From IMG/VR virus record IMGVR_UViG_2850949226_000003, positions 1-64,000 of that record: 64,000 nt of DNA; one strand, written 5' to 3'. Below are positions 8,686 through 17,776 of this stretch, piece after piece. The stretch's first letter is position 1. Each line of letters begins with the position of its first letter. This DNA is from a virus. Its lineage: Duplodnaviria > Caudoviricetes. Under the pieces are notes generated by a model. That model did no database searches. It was given only the letters and a program-made list of their open reading frames with translations, and had not been told where the DNA came from. Both the position numbers and the translations under genes were made by a program.

Positions 8686-8745
8686 ATTTTTGATAAGCTT
8701 AAAAGCTCCATTAGATACCCGATTTATAACCGGATATCTTAGCAA
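8686..8745 (-). repeat. Intergenic two-hairpin motif, copy 2
   Basis: Minus strand TTGCTAA-[GATATCCGGTT/AATCGGGTATC stem]-TAATGGAGCT-TTT-AAGCTT-ATCAAAAAT. Confidence 0.7.
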
Positions 8746-8748
8746 CTT

Positions 8749-9093
8749 TCAAACTAGATAGAACGCGCCGTTGATTTCTAACCCTATACATTCTTGAGAA
8801 AGTTCACTTTTCATCCGATCGGCAAAATCAAGGACGACCGCTAATGATTCGGGCGTTATTTTATCCGCAAAAGCATAAACCTTTGTAACATCTTCTTTTA
8901 TAAGGCCGATTTGATCAGAAACGTAAGCGCCGGAAGCCTTGACCGCTGTTGCGCCGCCGAACTGTTCAGACAAGATTTTTAAAGCCTGATCAACATAAAA
9001 AGAAGTATCTGCGGCTTTTTCCGCGTCTGTCGTTCCTGGTACAATGATTTCGATCTTTTCTTTTAGCTTGACAGCACCTTTTAACAGTTCCAT
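8749..9093 (-). CDS. DUF3574-like (PII/GlnB-like fold) protein
   Basis: FGGAT...SGAY...G.IKE.V.KV...ELSQECI pattern; RBS AAAGGG. Confidence 0.6.
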   Translation of the reverse strand: MELLKGAVKLKEKIEIIVPGTTDAEKAADTSFYVDQALKILSEQFGGATAVKASGAYVSDQIGLIKEDVTKVYAFADKITPESLAVVLDFADRMKSELSQECIGLEINGAFYLV

Positions 9094-9131
9094 TTTCGAA
9101 CACCCTTTCATTTTGTTTTCCTTATAACTTT

Positions 9132-9160
9132 ATTATAAATGATCTTTATAACTTTATCAA
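9132..9160 (-). promoter_or_regulatory. sigA early promoter with GTTATAA sites
   Basis: TTGATA-17 bp-TATAAT; GTTATAA in the spacer and again near +1. Confidence 0.75.
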
Positions 9161-9197
9161 CTTATATTTTTCTTTTTAGTTATAATAGTCTGCGACT

Positions 9198-9653
9198 TTA
9201 TTCGACAACCTGCATTGCCTTCAAAAGTTCCCAGCCACTTTCATCATAAATAGCAACGACTTTTCCGCCTTTATCTACGTTTTTAAGTCCCCAAGCGTCT
9301 ACCCTGTCCCAACTAATGAAAACAGTTGGTTCGTGTTCTGCATTAGGATCGTAATAAAATTGGCCTTTTTCATTTTCCCCGGTCTTAAAAATTTCCGCTT
9401 TCCTATAATCGTGACTGTGGTTGAGTTTTTCAAATTCTTGATTATTGCTAACGCATTCGCCGGCTTGATTATCAACATTTTTGCAACCGCCCAAAACTCC
9501 AAAAGAAACAGTAAGCGCACTTAAAAAATATACGGCTCTTTTAGTTTTTGGAATCCTAATTCGTTTTGCTGGAATGGATGAAACAAGCTGTGCGCCTTTG
9601 TCTGTTTGTTCTTGAAAATACGCGAATAAACATTCTTTGATATCTTTTTGCAT
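9198..9653 (-). CDS. Putative lipoprotein
   Basis: RBS AGGAGGAG before MQKDIK; hydrophobic stretch ending in the lipobox LGGC. Confidence 0.6.
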   Translation of the reverse strand: MQKDIKECLFAYFQEQTDKGAQLVSSIPAKRIRIPKTKRAVYFLSALTVSFGVLGGCKNVDNQAGECVSNNQEFEKLNHSHDYRKAEIFKTGENEKGQFYYDPNAEHEPTVFISWDRVDAWGLKNVDKGGKVVAIYDESGWELLKAMQVVE

Positions 9654-9672
9654 TCTTTGACTCCTCCTATAA

Positions 9673-9777
9673 TTAAGCCGCTTTTTGTAAATCGCTTTTC
9701 TTTTCTTGTTCTTTTTGATCCTGATATCTTTCCCAACTGATAGCAAAAATCAACTTTAAAGCATTTTCTGTTTTCAC
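9673..9777 (-). CDS. 34-aa hypothetical protein (not in the ORF track)
   Basis: RBS AAAGGAG, GTG start, MKTENALKLIFAISWERYQDQKEQEKKSDLQKAA; fills the gap between neighbours. Confidence 0.6.
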   Translation of the reverse strand: MKTENALKLIFAISWERYQDQKEQEKKSDLQKAA

Positions 9778-9803
9778 CCTGATTCACTCCTTTAATTTAT
9801 GTA

Positions 9804-10034
9804 TTAAGCAACTGCCGCAACGTCCGAACCTTCCGGACTTATTGGAAAAACGTCCACAATTTCATTATAAGGATAGCAGTTCATAAACCTTGTACAAGCA
9901 TCGATCTTATGTTTAGCGTAAACTGTCTTACTTTGTACAAGACCACCACCTTTATATATGATTTTAAAATGGGACATAGTGAAAACCCCCTTTCTCTTAG
10001 TGAATATTCGCGTTATGTGGGGAACGAAATTCAT
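9804..10034 (-). CDS. Hypothetical early protein (alternative start 9977)
   Basis: First ORF after the promoter at 10053-10081; two plausible RBS. Confidence 0.65.
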   Translation of the reverse strand: MNFVPHITRIFTKRKGVFTMSHFKIIYKGGGLVQSKTVYAKHKIDACTRFMNCYPYNEIVDVFPISPEGSDVAAVA

Positions 10035-10052
10035 TCCCTTTCATTCAACTTA

Positions 10053-10081
10053 ATTATACAACATTATTATAACTAATTCAA
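10053..10081 (-). promoter_or_regulatory. sigA early promoter with a GTTATAA site
   Basis: TTGAAT-17 bp-TATAAT; GTTATAA 2 bp after the -35 box. Confidence 0.8.
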
Positions 10082-10129
10082 GTAATAATCGAATTTCGGT
10101 TATAAAAAATAAGTTATAAAGGGATAGAT

Positions 10130-11340
10130 GAAGCCGAAGAAGAACGCGCATAAAACGCCGTATGTATTCGCCTGATATACGCGTCTTATATAAAACCTCT
10201 ATATGCATCGCCTATATAACGCATATATAAAACGCCTTATATTACCCTTTATATATAAAGCCTATATACATAACGCATATATAAGCTATATAAAAATGCA
10301 TCTATGCAGAAGCAAACAAACCTAATAAACAAACGCAATTCATTCGCCTTATATTCATTGGTGTATGTGTTCGCTTGTATATATTCGCTTTATGTGTATA
10401 GTGTGTAAGTACGTATTATAACTAATGATATATGGATTGTATGTATATAGTTATATTGGTTATAAATCTAATAATATATGTACTTACAATATATGTATCA
10501 TATAGTGTAATGTATATTGATATAGAATATAGAACAAATATTCGCATGTGATCAACGACATGAACAAAGAACATTGATTAATAAATGATTAATGATTGAT
10601 TGATCATTGTTTGCTTTGTTTGTTCGTTCAATTGATCGTGTGTAAGTGAGTGCAAAGAATCATTTGATTGTTCGTTTGCTTGTGTGTACTGAATGAGTGA
10701 AAAGGTTTGCTTGCTTGTGTCGTTCGTTGCTCGCTTCGGTCTAGTCGCTTGTCTGTTGGTTGTATGCATTGGCTGGTGATCGTGTGTATTGGTTAGCAAG
10801 GATGAAAAGAGAATGAATAAACTTCGATGTGCTTTTGTTTGTTCGTGTACTTGATCAGTCGTGTTGTATGGTGTGGTTGTGAATGATATTTGTTGGTTTG
10901 GGGTGCTGTTGACGTGCGTTCCTGTTAATGTTCGATCCCTAGCGCCGAGAAAACCAAAAACAATCATAAAAATTAACTAAAAGATGCCAATGAACAGCAA
11001 AGGAGCGGACAAACGGAAAGACGCGTATTTCATATAATGTTTATTATACGAAAAAGGTATAAGACCGGGTGTTTTACGAAATTGACCAACCGAACGCCCG
11101 AAAAAATTCCGAACTCCCCACCTCTCTCACCCAAGAAAAAATCCGGACCTTCCGAAAATCCATCGAAAACAAATAGCAAAAGAATGCTCGTAACTCGAAG
11201 TCGAGCAAAAAACGATATTCGAAATAAGAGTGATTTGAAAGGGGGAGGGGGTGTTTAAAAATTTGATAAATAAGAGATTTTATGTCCGAGGGTGGGGGGG
11301 TATATTCGAGAGAGATTCGAAAAGGAATATAAGGAGAGTT
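10130..11340. other. Non-coding low-complexity region, candidate packaging or genome-end region
   Basis: CGC/TATA micro-repeats, a G/T-skewed TTCG block, then a CGAA/A-tract block and G-runs; sits between divergent transcription units. Confidence 0.5.
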
Positions 11341-11400
11341 ACCTTTTAAAAAATCCGTTTTGCGTGTAAGATAAAAATGTTATAAAAAAGGAGGGGTTTT

Positions 11401-11748
11401 GTGAGTGAATTTGGTATGGATGACTCTACATTGAGCGCTCTTCTGGACTTTCTGTTAGAACTGCATCAGAAGAATGATAAGCTTGATGAAGCTTTAGGCG
11501 CTACAGTTGAGTTCATTAGTCATGAATGCGACAAATTAGAAGGGATTATAATGGATTCTATGGGAATCCCAAAAGACAATACGCTTGAGCAAATTAAAAA
11601 ATACGGCTCTCCGGAGGGATATTTCAAGGAAGATACTTTCTGTCGCGATGGATATGCCGATTTGTTCTACTCATTCATAACAGGGGAAATCCCCAAAGAG
11701 AAGCTGATTTTTAGTTTAAAGAACCAAAGAATGATTGATGAAGAGTAA
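11401..11748 (+). CDS. Acidic hypothetical protein
   Basis: RBS AAGGAGGGG, GTG start. Confidence 0.75.
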   Translation: MSEFGMDDSTLSALLDFLLELHQKNDKLDEALGATVEFISHECDKLEGIIMDSMGIPKDNTLEQIKKYGSPEGYFKEDTFCRDGYADLFYSFITGEIPKEKLIFSLKNQRMIDEE

Positions 11749-11783
11749 GGTAACTGAAATTATGACCCCAAAATAATGGGGTT

Positions 11784-11975
11784 TTATTTTTCTCGCTTTT
11801 CCTTGTCTTCATTCGAAAAAAGTGTCTGTATTATCTCATCTATAGTCACAAATGATTGATAACACTCATCACATAACAGTATTGTTTGCTTACCTTTTCG
11901 CGGTTTATATTTTGTTAGGCGTTTTTCTGTACTTAACTTACTGCAACTGTCGCAATTTCGGGTTCTAACTATCAA
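11784..11975 (-). CDS. Small Zn-finger protein
   Basis: CDSC and CDEC pairs; RBS AAGGAG. Confidence 0.65.
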   Translation of the reverse strand: MIVRTRNCDSCSKLSTEKRLTKYKPRKGKQTILLCDECYQSFVTIDEIIQTLFSNEDKEKREK

Positions 11976-12082
11976 GACTCATCACTCCTTACATACATTT
12001 TAACATCCAAAGAATGTAATTAAAAAGGATTTTTTTTGATATAATTGGATTAAGATAAAGAAAAAGTAAAGGAGCTAAAAAC

Positions 12083-12850
12083 ATGGGAGATGTTAAAAGG
12101 AAGTTATCTGATATACCAGGTTTTGAGAATCAAATTCATGCGTTTTCCAAATTCACACCATACATAGACAGTCTTGTTGATGGAAATCTATATATGAATA
12201 ACTTTCAGTATTTTATTGATAGAGAATTAGAGACTGGAGATAGGGGCGTTGGAGACAAATATGAGGTTTCAAACCATTATTCTGATGTATATTTGAGGTT
12301 TTATAACAATTTAACTGGAGAATTACTTGGGGAAGGACCGGCTGATAAAGTTTATTCACAAAAAGAAGAAGACAAAAGGAGACCTGTTTATTGCATGTTT
12401 TGTCTCCATAGCGGGAACTTAAATGTTGTCGGAGAAGATGATGATTGGTATTATACCGAACTTGATTTAACAAAAGAAGAAAAAGAAAAAATGATAAATG
12501 AGTTTAATGATCAAGCTTTGCTTATCAACCCCAATCCATTTATAGAAAGAGTTGAAAAGGCAGGAAAAGAAAAAGGCTTTATACTTGCTAAAGGTCTTGT
12601 AGAATATGATGATTTTTCAATCAATTCTGAAAAGAGAATAGAATCTTATAGACAACAAAACAGGATTTTCTTTTGGAAGGATCATTTCTTTAAAAACCAA
12701 CATGAATATAGAATTGTGGTAACAAATACTGAAAGAGAAGTAAAAGACCCTTTAATTTTTAACATAGGAAATATCGATGATATTTCTTACAGAGTAAACG
12801 CCGAGCAATTTTTTCAGGATTTTCAACTGAAAATAAAAAAGAGAAAATAG
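12083..12850 (+). CDS. Hypothetical moron, DUF2971-like
   Basis: Low GC, own terminator; VYCMF...VEY...FWK..FF..QHEYRIV pattern. Confidence 0.55.
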   Translation: MGDVKRKLSDIPGFENQIHAFSKFTPYIDSLVDGNLYMNNFQYFIDRELETGDRGVGDKYEVSNHYSDVYLRFYNNLTGELLGEGPADKVYSQKEEDKRRPVYCMFCLHSGNLNVVGEDDDWYYTELDLTKEEKEKMINEFNDQALLINPNPFIERVEKAGKEKGFILAKGLVEYDDFSINSEKRIESYRQQNRIFFWKDHFFKNQHEYRIVVTNTEREVKDPLIFNIGNIDDISYRVNAEQFFQDFQLKIKKRK

Positions 12851-13135
12851 AATCTGGCTCATGCCAGGTTTTTTGCATTATTTAAAGTGAAAGCAAGGAA
12901 AAACAAAATTTGCAAACTCGGTATGATGAGGTGTTAAAAAACAGGAAGAAATAAAAAAAGAAATCGATGACGTTCTGTTTAAGCGAGAGATCACCAACCA
13001 AAGACGCTCGGAATTTCACAAAAATTATAACCAACTATCACTCGACGCTTATCAAAACGGTGGGGAGTTGCAAGCCTTATCTTTCGCAATCAGGGAAATA
13101 AAATGCTTTTACGATACAATAAACGAAAGTAACTA

Positions 13136-13162
13136 AAAAAGAGGCTAAACGGAGCCTCTTTC
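13136..13162. terminator. Intrinsic terminator after phr
   Basis: A6-GAGGCT-AAACGG-AGCCTC-TTT. Confidence 0.75.
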
Positions 13163-13175
13163 TATCCTGTGTTTA

Positions 13176-13298
13176 TTAAGACCCGAACCTATCGGCTACT
13201 ATGTGTGTGTTATTGTTTGATTTGACGTAGTACGAAGCAGTTGTAATACCAACAGCACCTAATAAAAGAACGGCACAAATTAGTAATTTAGTTTTCAT
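13176..13298 (-). CDS. phr: Phr signalling peptide precursor (not in the ORF track)
   Basis: MKTKLLICAVLLLGAVGITTASYYVKSNNNTHIVADRFGS: signal peptide plus C-terminal (A)DRFGS; overlaps the rap stop codon. Confidence 0.9.
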   Translation of the reverse strand: MKTKLLICAVLLLGAVGITTASYYVKSNNNTHIVADRFGS

Positions 13299-14409
13299 GT
13301 TCAAACCCACTCCTTTGAATTTGTCTTCTCGCACTCACGGCAACACGGTAAAGTTCCAACGCATCGTGAACCTTCTCTTCTCTTTCTAAGAGTTCAGCCC
13401 CAACGACTCCGTATTCTTCCATGTCTGCATACATGCCCTTCTCTTCGAAGAACTTAAAAGTATCTCGTATCAAGTCCATATCGTATTCTAAATAAAGTCC
13501 TTTGATCATTTTAAGCTTTGCCAGTACATCAGTATCCCGGTATTTTTCGGCTAGTTCGTAACCCTCCGAGTATAGGTCATTCACTTCGTTCCATTCGGTT
13601 TGCTTGGCTTTTACGTGTGTGAGGTTAAACATTGCCTTCGGGAGAAAGCTATGATTTTCCTCTCTATACAGGTTTAGGGCTTTTTTCAGATGATTGGAGG
13701 ATTTATCAAGTTCTTCAAGTTGATTATAACATATTCCGATATTCATGTGTGCTGTACCTGATAAATGAGTGGCGCGTTGTTTTAACGACTCCTCTAATGC
13801 AGTATTCAAATTATGTAACGCCTTTTCGGGGTACATCTTATCTAGCCAGTTTCCGGCAATAATGAATTGACATTGTATCATCCGTTCTCCGTAGGTTTCG
13901 TGGTTTTTGAATATGTTGTAAGCGCGAGTTGCATAATTCATCGAGAAGAACGTCTGTTTCATATGATAATATACTTCAGACAATTTGAAATAAAATTCTG
14001 CTTTTTCCACTTCATCACAATCGAAAGAGTTGAGTTGGTTCTCGGCTGTCCTGTAAAAATTTAAAGCGTGTATCAATTCTTTTTGCCTGAAATGATACAT
14101 TCCAGCGAAGAAATTGTAATAATACTCAAGCATTCCTTCGAGTGTTTGCGTCTGTCTGAGTGCTTGAAACTCCCTAAAACGGCTTTCAAGATCACCGCCA
14201 GCTCCTGAACTTAAATAATCAAGTTGGAGTTGATGCCTAAACTCCAATAGAGAGTAATAAATCAAGGCGTCTTGGTTCTCTTCCATTGAATTGATAATCT
14301 CTCTCACTTCATTTTTTGTTTTTTCCGCTTTATCCGGCCAGTTATTCACCAATGCTTTATACCAAAAGTTCATTTTTGTCGCAACCAAATCATACGGAAT
14401 TACGCTCAC
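13288..14409 (-). CDS. rap: Rap family aspartate phosphatase (RRNPP/TPR)
   Basis: MEENQDALIYYSLLEFRH, EYYYNFFAGMY, EKAEFYFKLSEVYYHMKQT signatures. Confidence 0.95.
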   Translation of the reverse strand: MSVIPYDLVATKMNFWYKALVNNWPDKAEKTKNEVREIINSMEENQDALIYYSLLEFRHQLQLDYLSSGAGGDLESRFREFQALRQTQTLEGMLEYYYNFFAGMYHFRQKELIHALNFYRTAENQLNSFDCDEVEKAEFYFKLSEVYYHMKQTFFSMNYATRAYNIFKNHETYGERMIQCQFIIAGNWLDKMYPEKALHNLNTALEESLKQRATHLSGTAHMNIGICYNQLEELDKSSNHLKKALNLYREENHSFLPKAMFNLTHVKAKQTEWNEVNDLYSEGYELAEKYRDTDVLAKLKMIKGLYLEYDMDLIRDTFKFFEEKGMYADMEEYGVVGAELLEREEKVHDALELYRVAVSARRQIQRSGFEHEN

Positions 14410-14639
14410 CTATCCTCTTCCCTTCACTCAAGATTATAAAATTTTCAGAAAATTAAAACATCATTTGGAAGTTTCCTTTTTCTACATAGTAAATATTCTA
14501 CATAATTAACGGTCTTTTGACAACCATATATTGTTATTGATCTTGAAAAAAGTTCCTATATATAGATGGCGATGCTGTTCACTTGTTCGTTGAAATGTCC
14601 CAACCAATATCGTATCCTTTTAACGGGGGTTGAAAGCGA

Positions 14640-14813
14640 ATGGATTATGAAACTAAAGGATACGATACGACGATCGTATACGACTACAAAGAGTACCCGG
14701 ACGTTCATCACGGACGGTGTGATAACTGCGATTATACGCTGTTTAAAAGTTCAGTTAAAGACGGCGTTTTCTTGCGTGAGTGTCGTCGGTGCGGAATGAA
14801 AAAGAGTATATAA
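14640..14813 (+). CDS. 57-aa Zn-ribbon protein (not in the ORF track)
   Basis: RBS GGGGG; MDYETKGYD...GRCDNC...RECRRCGMKKSI; terminator follows at about 14822-14848. Confidence 0.75.
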   Translation: MDYETKGYDTTIVYDYKEYPDVHHGRCDNCDYTLFKSSVKDGVFLRECRRCGMKKSI

Positions 14814-14981
14814 GAACACACAAGCCCGACTCATGCTGGGCTTTTTTCTCTTCGTTTTGGGATTTTTGTCCTGATCAATATGATTCATTTTCATGGGTGT
14901 ACAGGATTTATTCACCAATTCATTTCCGTATAGTGGTAAACTCTATACTGATTGTAACCATTAGTATTAGAGGAGAATGCC

Positions 14982-16646
14982 ATGAAAACCTTGGATGTTC
15001 AGGCGTTGCACAATGCAATTGATCAAACGCTGGAACAATTAAAACAACAGTCAGAAGAAATCGCCAAAGTCAAAAAGGCCGTTGAGGGCATCACGTCTCT
15101 TGACGATGCGTTAAAAGGAAAAGGCGGCGACGCGATCCGTGCCTTTTACGAGGAATGTCATACCCCATTCTTGAAGTTCTTTGAATCCTTTATCGAGGAA
15201 TATCAGTCAGCCTTGAAAAAAATGAAAAAAGAGCTTCAATCATTGGAACCGAATCATAACGGATTTATTTCACAAGCCTTTCTCGAACACGAATTGGAAC
15301 AAGGCTTGAACGCGGCCGATCGAACAACAAAAAACCTGGTGTCTAAAGCCAACGCTACGATCGCAAAAGTCAGCCACATTGTCGATTTGCCTGATTTGAA
15401 TGACACCGATTTTCATGAACAAAATCGAAAAGCGATGAAAGATATCAATCAAACGATCGAAAAACTCCATACCTTCGACCGCGAACAGACTAATGCGCTA
15501 AAAACAGCCGAAAATGATCTTGAGACGATGCAAAAGTACATTACAAGGCTCGAGAAAATGTATACCGGGCCTAAAATTGAAATCACCGGCTATCAAAAAG
15601 GATCGATTTCAAAACCAGAAGAAAACGCGAACATCAACGGACCTGTCGGCGGCCTTCAAGGAGAGCTGGAAAATGCCGAGCCATCTCCGATGGAAGTCAT
15701 GCTGAAAAAACTGTCCGATCAAGAAGACTCTGAAGTCGATTCACTGGCCAAAGCAGACCGTTCCAAAAAGATCGATACAGGTATTCGCGTCATCAATGGC
15801 AGAGTGTATAATATGAAGGGGTACAAAAAGCTCGGTTCTGTCGATGTCACCGATGAAATCGGTACAGGCAAGGAATTCGTCGGCGGTTCATACACGCTTT
15901 ATTCAAACGGTCAAATTGTTCGGAAGTACATATCCGGCGGTGAAGTGAAGTACGAGCTTGTCAGACGCATACCTGAAAATAGGGTGAAGAAAAGCGACAT
16001 TGAAAAAGCCTTTGATTGGGCTAAAGACACAGTTGGAGAGTTGTCCGGTGGATATGATGGTTACAGAGCGATAACAGGTGTTGATCCTGTGACCGGCGAA
16101 AAACTATCTGTCACTGACCGTATCCTGTCCGGTGTTTCTGTCATACCCGCTACTAAAGTAGTCAAGGTAGGAAAATACGTTTTTAAAGCGAATAAAGGTG
16201 CGAAAACGGTTAAAAAGGTTTCAAATGTTGAAAAGAGCGCTAAAGGTACTAATAAATCACTATTGCCTAACGAAGGAAAAGTTGGAACGTATAAAGAACT
16301 GATTAAACAAGGTACTGCCTTTGATAATATTACTCCTCACCATATGCCGTCTGCCGCTAAAATGAAACAGTCGGGTATAAAAAGGAACAATGGTATTAGT
16401 ATGAACATGGAACAACCACATCCTGGCACCGGAGGTAGACATCGTGAGACATATACCTATGGTTTATCAGGTCAAAAATTGAATGATTATCTAAAACTTG
16501 GTTACCGCGATGCTTTAGCTCATGATATTTGGGATGCTCGGAAAATTTATATAAAAGATGGTTTATACAATTCACAGGTAAAACAAGGTTTAAAAGACGT
16601 AATGAAGAAAAATAGAGAGCAATACCCACATTTATTTGATAAGTAA
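14982..16646 (+). CDS. T7SS LXG polymorphic toxin (LXG, pre-toxin TG, putative HNH-fold nuclease)
   Basis: LKGKGGDAIRAFY LXG domain; YDGYRAITGVDPVTGEKLS pre-toxin motif; C-terminal TPHH...GRH. Confidence 0.9.
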   Translation: MKTLDVQALHNAIDQTLEQLKQQSEEIAKVKKAVEGITSLDDALKGKGGDAIRAFYEECHTPFLKFFESFIEEYQSALKKMKKELQSLEPNHNGFISQAFLEHELEQGLNAADRTTKNLVSKANATIAKVSHIVDLPDLNDTDFHEQNRKAMKDINQTIEKLHTFDREQTNALKTAENDLETMQKYITRLEKMYTGPKIEITGYQKGSISKPEENANINGPVGGLQGELENAEPSPMEVMLKKLSDQEDSEVDSLAKADRSKKIDTGIRVINGRVYNMKGYKKLGSVDVTDEIGTGKEFVGGSYTLYSNGQIVRKYISGGEVKYELVRRIPENRVKKSDIEKAFDWAKDTVGELSGGYDGYRAITGVDPVTGEKLSVTDRILSGVSVIPATKVVKVGKYVFKANKGAKTVKKVSNVEKSAKGTNKSLLPNEGKVGTYKELIKQGTAFDNITPHHMPSAAKMKQSGIKRNNGISMNMEQPHPGTGGRHRETYTYGLSGQKLNDYLKLGYRDALAHDIWDARKIYIKDGLYNSQVKQGLKDVMKKNREQYPHLFDK

Positions 16647-16667
16647 AAATGGAAAGGGTGGGATTAT

Positions 16668-17129
16668 TTGGATATTAAGCCGGATTTGAAAAAAATATAT
16701 GAAAACCGTTTGTTGGAAAGTGAAGATGAAGTACAAGAGTTTGAAGAGTCCTTGGCAAAGGTTCTTGATTATGGAGACGTATCGGTTATCCCAGATTTAT
16801 GTAGGGCTTTCGATGACGATACTGAACAATTCGAGGTTATGTTTGGCTTAGTTCACGGAATTGAGAGGTTATACAAAAATAATATAGAAGAAGGACTAAC
16901 TTACATTGCTATAGCTGTTCCAGAGCTTCTTAGCCGAGCTGAAGAATGGGTTGAAATCTTACATTACAGGATTCTCAACCATCCTGAAGTAAGATTAGCT
17001 TATCGTAATGTGTTATCAAAACTTGATTCATCAATAGTTGTTAATATTAAAGATTTATTAACTGAAATAAAGAATGAGGACCCTGATATGTTTAGTGTGT
17101 CTGTAGATGAAGTAATTAGTGATATCTAA
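16668..17129 (+). CDS. Imm30-like immunity protein
   Basis: Directly downstream of the toxin; NRLL...FE...LC..FDD.TE...VMFGL.H.IE...RILNH. Confidence 0.8.
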   Translation: MDIKPDLKKIYENRLLESEDEVQEFEESLAKVLDYGDVSVIPDLCRAFDDDTEQFEVMFGLVHGIERLYKNNIEEGLTYIAIAVPELLSRAEEWVEILHYRILNHPEVRLAYRNVLSKLDSSIVVNIKDLLTEIKNEDPDMFSVSVDEVISDI

Positions 17130-17181
17130 ACCTTGGTTGGCTTTGTCCTTTCAAGGTTTTTGTTAAGGATGGGGGAAATTT

Positions 17182-17646
17182 TTGAATATCCAAACAGAGT
17201 TGAAAAAATTAAGAGATAATCGGTTACTAAGAAATTCTGATGAAATAAATGAATTCGAATCGGCCATCGCTAACATTGTTGAATTAGAGGATGCAGACCA
17301 TATTGAATACTTGTGTCAGGGATTCGATGATTCTACAGAAGAGGATGAAGTTATGTTTGGTTTGATCCACGCTATTGAATCATATGATAACAAATTTGAC
17401 GGAGAGATAACTTTGAAGAAGTTCGCTGAGGCTGTTCCAAGTATGTTGCCTCACCCTAAAGAATGGTCAAAAATTATGCATAAGAGAATTTTAAATCATG
17501 AACCTTCTAGGATCACTTATTCAAAGATCATCAAAGAACTTGATAAAGAAATCCAATCTAAAATCGTTGACCAGTTAGTTGAAATTAAAAACAAAAATCC
17601 TAAACGATTTGAAGCGAGCGCTAACCAAATTATCGAGCATTTATAA
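17182..17646 (+). CDS. Second, diverged Imm30-like immunity protein
   Basis: Shares NRLL, FDD.TE, VMFGL.H.IE, AVP, EW and RILNH with the preceding gene. Confidence 0.8.
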   Translation: MNIQTELKKLRDNRLLRNSDEINEFESAIANIVELEDADHIEYLCQGFDDSTEEDEVMFGLIHAIESYDNKFDGEITLKKFAEAVPSMLPHPKEWSKIMHKRILNHEPSRITYSKIIKELDKEIQSKIVDQLVEIKNKNPKRFEASANQIIEHL

Positions 17647-17660
17647 AGAGATTTGATTTT

Positions 17661-17686
17661 GCACCGATAAGACTATCGGTGTTTTT
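17661..17686 (+). terminator. Intrinsic terminator
   Basis: CACCGATA-AGAC-TATCGGTG-TTTTT. Confidence 0.8.
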
Positions 17687-17776
17687 ATTTTGTGAAAAAA
17701 GTTTCCTAAAAAACCCCAATATGGTAAAATGTTAAATGTTTAACTATCTCAAAAAATCTATGGAGGGATTTATCTA

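Noticed and set aside
10578-11258. ORFs 10578..10967 (-) and 11037..11258 (+)
   Set aside because: No RBS; biased composition (T/N/Q/H or K/S/P) is a by-product of strand-skewed low-complexity DNA.
12930-13135. Open frame KQEEIKKEIDDVLF...ESN
   Set aside because: In-frame stop immediately upstream and no start codon; probably a gene remnant at a moron junction.
13176-14409. Arbitrium aimR-aimP
   Set aside because: The receptor has Rap signatures and no N-terminal HTH, and the peptide gene overlaps rap as phr genes do.
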